Below are positions 10,970-24,641 of a stretch of 64,000 bases of DNA, piece after piece (the stretch's first letter is position 1; each line of letters begins with the position of its first letter). The DNA is from Eledone cirrhosa (taxonomy: Eukaryota): the NCBI GenBank assembly GCA_964016885.1, contig OZ024741.1, forward strand, positions 256,060,001 through 256,124,000, given 5' to 3'. The notes beneath the pieces were generated by a model. That model had not been told where the DNA came from. It worked only from the letters and a program-made list of their open reading frames with translations, and made no database searches. A program made the position numbers and the translations under genes.

Positions 10970-13900
10970 GTTTCGCTTTACGAGTGTTTCGACTTACGAG
11001 TGTTTCGACATACGAGTGTTTCGGCTTACGAGTGTTTTGATTTACGAGTGTTTTGACTTACGGGTGCTTCGACTTACGCGTGTTTCGACTTACGAGTGTT
11101 TCGACTTACGAGTGTTTCGGCTTATGAGTGTTTTGACTTACGAATGTTTTGACTTACGATTGTTTCGGCTTACGAGTGTTTCGACTTACGAGTGTTCTGA
11201 CTACGAGTGTTCTGACTTACGGGTGTTCTGACTTACGAGTGTTCTGACTTACGAGTGTTTCGGCTTATGAGTGTTTCGACTTACGAGTGCTTCGACTTAC
11301 GAGTGTTTCGGCTTACGGGTGTTTCGACTTACGAATGTTTTTGCTTACGAGTGTTTCGGCTTACGAGTGTTTCGGCTTATGAGTGTTTCGACTTACGAGT
11401 GTTTTGACTTACGGGTGTTTTGACATACGAGAGTTTCGATACGATTGTTCTGACTTACGAGTGTTTCCGCTTACGAGTGTTTCGGCTTACGAGTGTTTCG
11501 ACTTACTAATGTTTTTACTTACGAGTGTTTCGGTGTACGAGTGTTTCGACTTACGAGTGTTTCGACTTACGAGTGTTTCGACTTACGAGTGTTTCGACTT
11601 ACGAGTGTTTTGGCTTACGAATGTTTTGACTTACGGGTGTTTCGACTTACGAGTGTTTCGGCTTATGAGTGTTTCGACTTACGGGCGTTTCGACTTACGG
11701 GTGTTTCGACTTACGAGTGTTTTGGCTTACGAATGTTTTGACTTACGGGTGTTTCGACTTACGAGTGTTTCGACTTATGAGTGTTTCGACTTACGAGTGT
11801 TTCGACTTACGAGTGTTTTGGCTTACGAGTGTTTCGACTTACGATTGTTTTGACTTACGAGTGTTCTGATTTACGGATGTTTCGACATACGAGTGTTTCG
11901 ACTTACGAGTGTTTCGACTTACGAGTGTTTTAACTTACGAATGTTTTGACTTACGGGTGTTTCGGCTTACGAGTGTTTCGACTTACGAGTCTTTCGGCTT
12001 ACGAGTGTTTCGACTTACTAATGTTTTTACTTACGAGTGTTTCGGCGTACGAGTGTTTCGACTTACGAGTGTTTCGACTTACGGGTGTTTTGACTTACGG
12101 GTGTTTCGGCTTACGAGTGTTTTGACTTACGAGTGTTTTGACTTAAGGGTGTTTCGACTTACGAGTATTTTTGGCTTACGAGTGTTTCGACTTACGAGTG
12201 TTTTGACTTACGAGTGTTCTGATTTACGGATGTTTCGACATACGAGTGTTTCGACTTACGAGTGTTTCGACTTATGACTGTTTCGACTTACGAGTGTTTC
12301 GGCTTATGAGTGTTTCGACTTACGAGTGCTTCGGCTTACGAGTGTTTCGACTTACGAGTATTTCGGCTTTCGAGTGTTTCGACGTAAGAATGTTTTGGCT
12401 TACGAGTGTTTCGGCTTATGAGTGTTTCGGCCTACGAGTGTTTCGACTTACGAGTGTTTCGGCTTACGAGTGTTTCAGTGTTTCGGCTTACGTGTGTTTC
12501 GACTTACGAGTGTTTCGACTTACGACTGTTTCGGCTTACGAGTGTTTCGGCTTACGAGTGTTTCGACTTACGAGTGTTTTGACTTACGAATGTTTTGACT
12601 TACGGGTGTTTCGGCTTACGAGTGTTTCGACTTACGATTCTTTCGGCTTACGAGTGTTTCGACTTACTAATGTTTTTACTTACGAGTGTTTCGGCGTACG
12701 AGTGTTTCGACTTACGAGTGTTTCGACTTACGGGTGTTTTGACTTACGGGTGTTTCGGCTTACGAGTGTTTTGACTTACGAGTGTTTTGACTTAAGGGTG
12801 TTTCGACTTACGAGTATTTTTGGCTTACGAGTGTTTCGACTTACGAGTGTTTTGACTTACGAGTGTTCTGATTTACGGATGTTTCGACATACGAGTGTTT
12901 CGACTTACGAGTGTTTCGACTTACTAATGTTCTTACTTACGAGTGTTTCGGTGTACGAGAGTTTTGACTTACGAGTGTTTCGACTTACGAGTGTTTCGAC
13001 TTACGAGTGTTTTGACTTACGAATGTTTTGACTTACGGGTGTTTCGGCTAACGAGTGTTTCGACTTACGAGTCTTTCGGCTTACGAGTGTTTCGACTTAC
13101 TAATGTTTTTACTTACGAGTGTTTCGGCGTACGAGTGTTTAGACTTACGAGTGTTTCGACTTACGGGTGTTTTGACTTACGGGTGTTTCGGCTTACGAGT
13201 GTTTTGACTTACGAGTGTTTTGACTTAAGGTTGTTTCGACTGACGAGTATTTTTGGCTTACGAGTGTTTCCACTTACGAGTGTTTTGACTTACGAGTGTT
13301 CTGACTTACGGGTGTTCTGACTTTCGAATGTTCCGACTTACGAGTGTTTCGGCTTATGAGGGTTTCGACTTACGAGTGCTTCGGCTTACGAGTGTTTCGA
13401 CTTACGAGTGTTTCGGCTTACGAGTGTTTCGACTTACGAGTGTTTCGACTTACGAGTGTTTTGACTTACGGTGTTTCGGCTTACGAGTGTTTCGACATAC
13501 GAGTGTTTTGACGTACGGGTGTTTCGACTTACGGGTCTTTCGACTTAAGAGTGTTTCTACTACCGAGCGCTTCGACTTACGAGTGTTTCGACTTACGAGT
13601 GTTTCGGCGTATGAGTGTTTTGACTTACGAGTGTTTCGACTTACGAGTGTTTCGAATTACGAGTGTTTCGACTTACGAGTGTTTTGACTTACGAGTGTTT
13701 TGACTTCGGTGTTTCTGCTTACGAGTGTTTCGACTTACGAGTGTTATGACTTACGGGTGTTTTCACATACGAGTGTTTCGACTTACGAGTGTTTTGACTT
13801 ACGGGTGTTTTGACATACGAGTGTTTCGATACGAGTGTTCTGACTTACGAGTGTTCTGACTTACGAGTGTTCTGACTTACGAGTGTTTCGACATACGAGT

Positions 13901-15078
13901 GTTTTGACTTACGGGTGTTTCGACTTACGAGTGTTTTCACTTACGAATGTTTTGACTTACGGGTGTTTCGGCTTACGAGTGTTTCGACTTACGAGTGTTT
14001 CGGCTTACGAGTGTTTCGACTTACTAATATTTTTACTTACGAGTGTTTCGGCGTACGAGAGTTTTGACTTACGCGTGTTTCGACTTACGAGTGTTTCGAC
14101 TTACGAGTATTTTGACTTACGAATGTTTTGACTTACGGGTGTTTCGGCTTACGAGTGTTTCGACTTACGAGTCTTTCGGCTTACGAGTGTTTCGACTTAC
14201 TAATGTTTTTACTTACGAGTGTTTCGGCGTACGAGTGTTTCGACTTCCGAGTGTTTCGACTTACGGGTGTTTTGACTGACGGGTGTATCGGCTTACGAGT
14301 GTTTTGACTTACGAGTGTTTTGACTTAAGGGTGTTTCGACTTACGAGTATTTTTGGCTTACGAGTGTTTCGACTTACGAGTGTTTTGACTTACGAGTGTT
14401 CTGATTTACGGATGTTTCGACATACGAGTGTTTCGACTTACGAGTGTTTCGACTTATGAGTGTTTCGACTTACGAGTGTTTCGACTTACGAGTGTTTCGG
14501 CTTGTGATTGTTTCGACTTACGAGTGTTTTGACTTACGGTGTTTCAGCTTACGAGTGTTTCGACTTACGAGTGTTTTGACTTACGGGTGTTTTGACATAC
14601 GAGTGTTTCGATACGAGTGTTCTGACTTACGAGTGTTCTGACTTACGAGTGTTTTGACTTACGAGTGTTCTGACTTACGAGTGTTCCGACTTACGAGTGT
14701 TCCGACTTACGAGTGTTTCGGCTTACGAGTGTTTTGACTTAAGGGTGTTTCGACTTACGAGTGTTTCGATACGAGTGTTTCGACTTACGAGTGTTTCGGC
14801 TTACGAGTGTTTCGACTTACGAGTGTTTCGACTTACGAGTGTTCCGACTTACGGGTGTTTCGACTTACGAGTGTTTTGGCTTACGGTGTTTCGACTTACG
14901 AGTGTTTCGAGTTAAGAGTGTTTTGACTTACGAGTGTTCTGATTTACGAGTGTTCTGACTTACGAGTGTTCTGACTTACGAGTGTTCTGACTTACGAGTG
15001 TTCTGACTTACGAGTGTTCCGACTTTACGAGTGTTTCGGCTCACGAGTGTTTCGGCTTACGAGTGTTTCGACTTACGA

Positions 15079-15147
15079 AAATAACAAATAGACGCGGTTT
15101 CAAATCTCTATGCTTTTCAAATTCATTACATTAATCTTTATTTATAC
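15079..15147 (+). repeat. AT-rich island copy 4
   Basis: Major allele; equals copy 1 + 13814. Confidence 0.97.
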
Positions 15148-18100
15148 GTTTCGCTTTACGAGTGTTTCGACTTACGAGTGTTTCGACATACGAGTGTTTC
15201 GACTTACGAATGTTTTTGCTTACGGGTGTTTCGACTTACGAATGTTTTTGCTTACGAGTGTTTCGGTTTACGAGTGTTCCGACTTACGAGTGTTCCGACT
15301 TACGAGTGTTTCGGCTTACGTGTGTTTCCGGCTTACGAGTGTTTCAACTTACGAGTGTTCTGAATTACGAGTGTTCCGACTTACGAGTGTTTCGGCTTAC
15401 GAGTGTTTCAGTGTTTCGGCTTACGTGTGTTTCGACTTACGAGTGTTTCGACTTACGACTGTTTCGGCTTACGAGTGTTTCGGCTTACGAGTGTTTTGGC
15501 TTACGAGTGTTTTGACTTACGATTGTTTGGCTTACGAGTGTTCTGACTTACGGGTGTTCTGACTTACGAGTGTTTCGACTTACGAGTGTTTCGGCGTATG
15601 AGTGTTTTGACTTACGAGTGTTTCGACTTACGAGTGTTTCGACTTACGAGTGTTTCGAATTACGAGTGTTTCGACTTACGAGTGTTTTGACTTACGAGTG
15701 TTTTGACTTACGGTGTTTCTGCTTACGAGTGTTTCGACTTTCGAGTGTTATGACTTACGGGTGTTTTGACATACGAGTGTTTCGACTTACGAGTCTTACG
15801 GCTTACGAGTGTTTCGACTTACTAATGTTTTTACTTACGAGTGTTTCGGCGTACGAGTGTTTCGACTTCCGAGTGTTTCGACTTACAGGTGTTTTGACTT
15901 ACGGGTGTTTCGGCTTACGAGTGTTTTGACTTACGAGTGTTTTGACTTAAGGGTGTTTCGACTTACGAGTATTTTTGGCTTACGAGTGTTTCGACTTACG
16001 AGTGTTTTGACTTACGAGTGTTCTGATTTACGGATGTTTCGACATACGAGTGTTCTGACTTACGAGTGTTCCGACTTACGAGTGTTCCGACTTACGAGTG
16101 TTTCGGCTTACGAGTGTTTCCGGCTTACGAGTGTTTCGACTTACGAGTGTTTTGACTTACGGTGTTTCGGCTTACGAGTGATTCGACTTACGAGTGTTTT
16201 GACTTACGAGTGTTTCGACTTACGAGTGTTTTGACTTACGAATGTTTTGACTTACGGGTGTTTCGGCTTACGAGTGTTTCGACTTACGAGTGTTTCGGCT
16301 TGCGAGTGTTTCGACTTACTAATGTTTTTACTTACGAGTGTTTAGGCGTACGAGTGTTTCGACTTACGAGTGTTTCGACTTACGGGTGTTTTGACTTACG
16401 GGTGTTTCGGCTTACCAGTGTTTCGACTTACGAGTGATTTGACTTAAGGGTGTTTCGACATACGAGTGTTTCGACTTACGAGTGTTTCGACTTACGAGTG
16501 TTTCGGATTACGAGTGTTTTGACTTCAGGGTGTTTAGACTTACGAGTGTTTCGATACGAGTGTTTCGACTTACGAGTGTTCTGACTTACGAGTATTCTGA
16601 TTTACGGATGTTTCGACACACGAGTGTTTCGAATTACGAGTGTTTCGACTTACGAGTGTTTTGACTTACGGGTGTTTTGACATACGAGTGTTTCGATACG
16701 AGTGTTTCGACTTATGAGTGTTTCGACTTACGAGTGTTCTGACTTACGAGTGTTCTGACTTACGAGTGTTCTGATTTACGGATGTTTCGACACACGAGTG
16801 TTTCGATACGAGTGTTTCGACTTACGAGTGTTTCGACTTATGAGTGTTTCGACTTACGAGTGTTCTGACTTACGAGTGTTCTGACTTACGAGTGTTCCGA
16901 CTTACGAGTGTTTCGGTTTACGAGTGTTTCGACATACGAGTGTTTTGACTTACGGGTGTTTCGACTTACGGGTGTTTCGACTTACGAGTGTTTTGGCTTA
17001 CGAGTGTTTCGACTTACTAATGTTTTTACTTACGAGTGTTTCGGTGTACGAATGTTTTGACTTAAGGATATTTCGACTTACGAGTGTTTCGACTTACGAG
17101 TGTTTCGGCTTACGTGAGTTTCGACTTAAGATTGTTCTGATTTACGAGTGTTCTGACTTACGAGTGTTTCGGCTTATGAGTGTTTCGACTTACGAGTGTT
17201 TCGGCTTACGAGTGTTTCGACTTATGGGTGTTTCGACTTACGAGTGTTTTTACTTACGTTGTTTCGGCTTACGAGTGTTTCGACATACGAGTGTTTTGAC
17301 TTACGGGTGTTTCGGCGACGAGTGTTTCGACTTACGAGTGTATTGACTTACGGGTGTTTCGACTGACGAGTATTTTTGGCTTACGAGTGTTTCGACTTAC
17401 GAGTGTTTTGACTTACGAGTGTTCTGATTTACGGATGTTTCGACATACGAGTGTTTCGACTTACGAGTGTTTCGACTTATGAGTGTTTCGACTTACGAGT
17501 GTTTTGACTTACGGGTGTTTTGACATACGAGTGTTTCGATACGAGTGTTCTGACTTACGAGTGTTCTGACTTACGAGTGTTTTGACTTACGAGTGTTCTG
17601 ACTTACGAGTGTTCCGACTTACGAGTGTTCCGACTTACGAGTGTTTCGGCTTACGAGTGTTTCCGGCTTACGAGTGTTTCGACTTCCGAGTGTTTTGACT
17701 TACGGTGTTTCGGCTTACGAGTGATTCGACTTACGAGTGTTTTGACTTACGGGTGATTTGACTTACGGGTGTTGTGAATTACGAGTGTTCCGATTTACGA
17801 GTGTTTTGACTTACGGTGTTTCGGCTTACGAGTGATTCGACTTACGAATGTTTTGACTTACGGGTGTTTCGGCTTGCGAGTGTTTCGACTTACGAGTGTT
17901 TCGGCTTATGGGTGTTTCGACTTACTAATGTTTTTACTTACGAGTGTTTCGGCGTACGAGTGTTTTGACTTACGAGTGTTTCGACTTACGAGTCTTTCGA
18001 CTTAAGAGTGTTTCGGCTTACGTGAGTTTCGACTTAAGAGTGTTCTGATTTACGAGTGTTCTGACTTGCGGGTGTTCTGATTTACGAGTGTTCCGACTTA

Positions 18101-21100
18101 CGAGTGTTTCGGCTTATTAGTGTTTCGACTTACGAGTGTTTCGGCTTACGAGTGTTTCGACTTATGGGTGTTTCGACTTACGAGTGTTTTTACTTACGGT
18201 GTTTCGGCTTACGAGTGTTTCGACATACGAGTGTTTTGACTTACGGGTGTTTCGACTTACGAGTGTTTTGACTTACGAATGTTTTGACTTACGGGTGTTT
18301 CGGCTTACGAGTGTTTCGACTTACGAGTGTTTCGGCTTACGAGTGTTTCGACTTACTAATGTTCTTACGAGTGTTTCAGTGTTTCGGCTTACGTGTGTTT
18401 CGGCTTACGAGTGTTTCGACTTATGAGTGTTTCGGCTTACGAGTGTTTCGACTTACGAGTGTTTCGGCTTACGAGTGTTTCAGTGTTTCGGCTTACGTGT
18501 GTTTCGACTTACGAGTGTTTCGACTTACGACTGTTTCGGCTTAGGAGTGTTTCGGCTTACGAGTGTTTCGACTTACGAGTGTTTTGACTTACGAATGTTT
18601 TGACTTACGAGTGTTTCGACTTACGGGTGTTTTGACTTACGGGTGTTTCGGCTTACCAGTGTTTCGACTTACGAGTGATTTGACTTAAGGGTGTTTCGAC
18701 ATACGAGTGTTTCGACTTACGAGTGTTTCGACTTACGAGTGTTTCGGATTACGAGTGTTTTGACTTCAGGGTGTTTAGACTTACGAGTGTTTCGATACGA
18801 GTGTTTCGACTTACGAGTGTTCTGACTTACGAGTATTCTGATTTACGGATGTTTCGACACACGAGTGTTTCGAATTACGAGTGTTTCGACTTACGAGTGT
18901 TTTGACTTACGGGTGTTTCGGCTTACGAGTGTTTCAGTGTTTCGGCTTACGTGTGTTTCGACTTACGAGTGTTTCGACTTACGACTGTTTCGGCTTAGGA
19001 GTGTTTCGGCTTACGAGTGTTTCGACTTACGAGTGTTTTGACTTACGAATGTTTTGACTTACGAGTGTTTCGACTTACGGGTGTTTTGACTTACGGGTGT
19101 TTCGGCTTACCAGTGTTTCGACTTACGAGTGATTTGACTTAAGGGTGTTTCGACATACGAGTGTTTCGACTTACGAGTGTTTCGACTTACGAGTGTTTCG
19201 GATTACGAGTGTTTTGACTTCAGGGTGTTTAGACTTACGAGTGTTTCGATACGAGTGTTTCGACTTACGAGTGTTCTGACTTACGAGTATTCTGATTTAC
19301 GGATGTTTCGACACACGAGTGTTTTGATTTACTGATGTTTCGACACACGAGTGTTTCGATACGAGTGTTTCGACTTACGAGTGTTTCGACTTATGAGTGT
19401 TTCGACTTACGAGTGTTCTGACTTACGAGTGTTCTGACTTACGAGTGTTCCGACTTACGAGTGTTTCGGTTTACGAGTGTTTCGACATACGAGTGTTTTG
19501 ACTTACGGGTGTTTCGACTTACGGGTGTTTCGACTTACGAGTGTTTTGGCTTACGAGTGTTTCGACTTACTAATGTTTTTACTTACGAGTGTTTCGGTGT
19601 ACGAATGTTTTGACTTAAGGATGTTTCGACTTACGAGTGTTTCGACTTACGAGTGTTTCGGCTTACGTGAGTTTCGACTTAAGATTGTTCTGATTTACGA
19701 GTGTTCTGACTTACGAGTGTTTCGGCTTATGAGTGTTTCGACTTACGAGTGTTTCGGCTTACGAGTGTTTCGACTTATGGGTGTTTCGACTTACGAGTGT
19801 TTTTACTTACGGTGTTTCGGCTTACGAGTGTTTCGACATACGAGTGTTTTGACTTACGGGTGTTTCGGCTTACGAGTGTTTCGACTTACGAGTGTTTTGA
19901 CTTACGGGTGTTTCGACTTACGAGTATTTTTGGCTTACGAGTGTTTCGACTTACGAGTGTTTTGACTTACGAGTGTTCTGATTTACGGATGTTTCGACAT
20001 ACGAGTGTTTCGACTTACGAGTGTTTCGACTTATGAGTGTTTCGACTTACGAGTGTTTCGGCTTACGAGTGTTTCGACTTACGAGTGTTTTGACTTACGG
20101 TGTTTCGGCTTACGAGTGTTTCGACTTACGAGTGTTTTGACTTACGGGTGTTTTGACATACGAGTGTTTCGATACGAGTGTTCTGACTTACGAGTGTTCT
20201 GACTTACGAGTGTTTTGACTTACGAGTGTTCTGACTTACGAGTGTTCCGACTTACGAATGTTCCGACTTACGAGTGTTTCGGCTTACGAGTGTTTCCGGC
20301 TTACGAGTGTTTCGACTTCCGAGTGTTTTGACTTACGGTGTTTCGGCTTACGAGTGATTCGACTTACGAGTGTTTTGACTTACGGGTGATTTGACTTACG
20401 GGTGTTGTGAATTACGAGTGTTCCGATTTACGAGTGTTTTGACTTACGGTGTTTCGGCTTACGAGTGATTCGACTTACGAATGTTTTGACTTACGGGTGT
20501 TTCGGCTTGCGAGTGTTTCGACTTACGAGTGTTTCGGCTTATGGGTGTTTCGACTTACTAATGTTTTTACTTACGAGTGTTTCGGCGTACGAGTGTTTTG
20601 ACTTACGAGTGTTTCGACTTACGAGTCTTTCGACTTAAGAGTGTTTCGGCTTACGTGAGTTTCGACTTAAGAGTGTTCTGATTTACGAGTGTTCTGACTT
20701 GCGGGTGTTCTGATTTACGAGTGTTCCGACTTACGAGTGTTTCGGCTTATTAGTGTTTCGACTTACGAGTGTTTCGGCTTACGAGTGTTTCGACTTATGG
20801 GTGTTTCGACTTACGAGTGTTTTTACTTACGGTGTTTCGGCTTACGAGTGTTTCGACATACGAGTGTTTTGACTTACGGGTGTTTCGACTTACGAGTGTT
20901 TTGACTTACGAATGTTTTGACTTACGGGTGTTTCGGCTTACGAGTGTTTCGACTTACGAGTGTTTCGGCTTACGAGTGTTTCGACTTACTAATGTTCTTA
21001 CTTACGAGTGTTTCAGTGTTTCGGCTTACGTGTGTTTCGGCTTACGAGTGTTTCGACTTATGAGTGTTTCGGCTTACGAGTGTTTCGACTTACGAGTGTT

Positions 21101-22648
21101 TCGGCTTACGAGTGTTTCAGTGTTTCGGCTTACGTGTGTTTCGACTTACGAGTGTTTCGACTTACGACTGTTTCGGCTTAGGAGTGTTTCGGCTTACGAG
21201 TGTTTCGACTTACGAGTGTTTTGACTTACGAATGTTTTGACTTACGGGTGTTTCGGCTTACGAGTGTTTCGACTTACGAGTCTTTCGGCTTACGAGTGTT
21301 TCGACTTACTAATGTTTTTACTTACGAGTGTTTCGGCGTATGAGTGTTTCGACTTACGAGTGTTTCGACTTACGGGTGTTTTGACTTACGGGTGTTTCGG
21401 CTTACGAGTGTTTTGACTTACGAGTGTTTTGACTTAAGGGTGTTTCGACTTACGAGTATTTTTGGCTTACGAGTGTTTCGACTTACGAGTGTTTTGACTT
21501 ACGAGTGTTCTGATTTACGGATGTTTCGACATACGAGTGTTTCGACTTACGAGTGTTTCGACTTACTAATGTTCTTACTTACGAGTGTTTCGGCGTACGA
21601 GAGTTTTGACTTACGAGTGTTTCGACTTACGAGTGTTTCGACTTACGAGTGTTTTGACTTACGAATGTTTTGACTTACGGGTGTTTCGGCTTACGAGTGT
21701 TTCGACTTACGAGTCTTTCGGCTTACGAGTGTTTCGACTTACTAATGTTTTTACTTACGAGTGTTTCGGCGTACGAGTGTTTCGACTTACGAGTGTTTCG
21801 ACTTACGGGTGTTTTGACTTACGGGTGTTTCGGCTTACGAGTGTTTTGACTTACGAGTGTTTTGACTTAAGGTTGTTTCGACTTACGAGTATTTTTGGCT
21901 TACGACTGTTTCGACTTACGAGTGTTTTGACTTACGAGTGTTCTGATTTACGGATGTTTCGACATACGAGTGTTTCGACATACGAGTGTTTCGACTTATG
22001 AGTGTTTCGACTTACGAGTGTTTCGGCTTATGAGTGTTTCGACTTACGAGTGCTTCGGCTTACGAGTGTTTCGACTTACGAGTATTTCGGCTTACGAGTG
22101 TTTCGACGTACGAATGTTTTGGCTTACGAGTGTTTCGGCTTATGAGTGTTTCGGCTTACGAGTGTTTCGACTTACGAGTGTTTCGGCTTACGAGTGTTTC
22201 AGTGTTTCGGCTTACGTGTGTTTCGACTTGCGAGTGTTTCGGCTTACGAGTGTTTTGACTTACGAGTGTTTTGACTTACGATTGTTTGGCTTACGAGTGT
22301 TCTGACTTACGGGTGTTCTGACTTTCGAATGTTCCGACTTTCGAGTGTTTCGGCTTATGAGGGTTTCGACTTACGAGTGTTTCGGCTTACGAGTGTTTCG
22401 ACTTACGAGTGTTTCGACTTACGAGTGTTTTGACTTACGGTGTTTCGGCTTACGAGTGTTTCGACATACGAGTGTTTTGACGTACGGGTGTTTCGACTTA
22501 CGGGTCTTTCGACTTAAGAGTGTTTCGACTTACGAGCGCTTCGACTTACGAGTGTTTCGACTTACGAGTGTTCTGACTTACGAGTGTTCCGACTTTACGA
22601 GTGTTTCGGCTCACGAGTGTTTCGGCTTACGAGTGTTTCGACTTACGA

Positions 22649-22717
22649 AAATAACAAATAGACGCGGTTTCAAATCTCTATGCTTTTCAAATTCATTACA
22701 TTAATCTATATTTATAC
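22649..22717 (+). repeat. AT-rich island copy 5 (variant AATCTATATTT)
   Basis: Equals copy 2 + 13672, same SNP. Confidence 0.97.
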
Positions 22718-24572
22718 GTTTCGCTTTACGAGTGTTTCGACTTACGAGTGTTTCGACATACGAGTGTTTCGGCTTACGAGTGTTTTGATTTACGAGTGTT
22801 TTGACTTACGGGTGCTTCGACTTACGCGTGTTTCGACTTACGAGTGTTTCGACTTACGAGTGTTTCGACTTACGAGTGTTTCGGCTTACGAGTGTTTTGA
22901 CTTACGAATGTTTTGACTTACGATTGTTTCGGCTTACGAGTGTTTCGACTTACGAGTGTTCTGACTACGAGTGTTCTGACTTACGGGTGTTCTGACTTAC
23001 GAGTGTTCCGACTTACGAGTGTTTCGGCTTATGAGTGTTTCGACTTACGAGTGCTTCGACTTACGAGTGTTTCGGCTTACGGGTGTTTCGACTTACGAAT
23101 GTTTTTGCTTACGAGTGTTTCGGCTTACGAGTGTTTCGGCTTATGAGTGTTTCGACTTACGAGTGTTTTGACTTACGGGTGTTTTGACATACGAGTGTTT
23201 CGATACGATTGTTCTGACTTACGAGTGTTTCCGCTTACGAGTGTTTCGGCTTACGAGTGTTTCGACTTACTAATGTTTTTACTTACGAGTGTTTCGGTGT
23301 ACGAGTGTTTCGACTTAAGGATGTTTCGACTTACGAGTGTTTCGACTTACGCGTGTTTCGACTTACGAGTGTTTCGACTTACGAGTGTTTTGGCTTACGA
23401 ATGTTTTGACTTACGGGTGTTTCGACTTACGAGTGTTTCGGCTTATGAGTGTTTCGACTTACGGGCGTTTCGACTTACGGGTGTTTCGACTTACGAGTGT
23501 TTTGGCTTACGAATGTTTTGACTTACGGGTGTTTCGACTTACGAGTGTTTCGACTTATGAGTGTTTGGACTTACGAGTGTTTCGGCTTATGAGTGTTTCG
23601 ACTTACGAGTGCTTCGGCTTACGAGTGTTTCGACTGACGAGTATTTCGGCTTACGAGTGTTTCGACGTACGAATGTTTTGGCTTACGAGTGTTTCGGCTT
23701 ATGAGTGTTTCGGCTTACGAGTGTTTCGACTTACGAGGGTTTCGGCTTACGAGTGTTTCAGTGTTTCGGCTTACGTGTGTTTCGACTTACGAGTGTTTCG
23801 ACTTACGACTGTTTCGGCTTACGAGTGTTTCGGCTTACGAATGTTTTGAATTACGATTGTTTGGCTTACGAGTGTTCTGACTTACGGGTGTTCTGACTTA
23901 CGAGGGTTCCGACTTACGAGTGTTTCGGCTTATGAGGGTTTCGACTTACGAGTGCTTCGGCTTACGAGTGTTTCGACTTACGAGTGTTTCGGCTTACGAG
24001 TGTTTCGACTTACGAGTGTTTTGACTTACGGTGTTTCGGCTTACGAGTGTTTCGACATACGAGTGTTTTGACGTACGGGTGTTTCGACTTACGGGTCTTT
24101 CGACTTAAGAGTGTTTCGACTTACGAGCGCTTCGACTTACGAGTGTTTCGACTTACGAGTGTTTCGGCGTATGAGTGTTTTGACTTACGAGTGTTTCGAC
24201 TTACGAGTGTTTCGACTTACGAGTGTTTCGAATTACGAGTGTTTCGACTTACGAGTGTTTTGACTAACGAGTGTTTTGACTTACGGTGTTTCTGCTTACG
24301 AGTGTTTCGACTTACGAGTGTTATGACTTACGGGTGTTTTGACATACGAGTGTTTCGACTTACGAGTGGTTTGACTTACGGGTGTTTTGACATACGAGTG
24401 TTTCGATAGGAGTGTTCTGACTTACGAGTGTTCTGACTTACGAGTGTTCTGACTTACGAGTGTTCTGACTTACGAGTGTTCTGACTTACGAGTGTTCTGA
24501 CTTACGAGTGTTCCGACTTTACGAGTGTTTCGGCTCACGAGTGTTTCGGCTTACGAGTGTTTCGACTTACGA

Positions 24573-24641
24573 AAATAACAAATAGACGCGGTTTCAAATC
24601 TCTATGCTTTTCAAATTCATTACATTAATCTTTATTTATAC
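24573..24641 (+). repeat. AT-rich island copy 6
   Basis: Major allele; equals copy 3 + 13672. Confidence 0.97.
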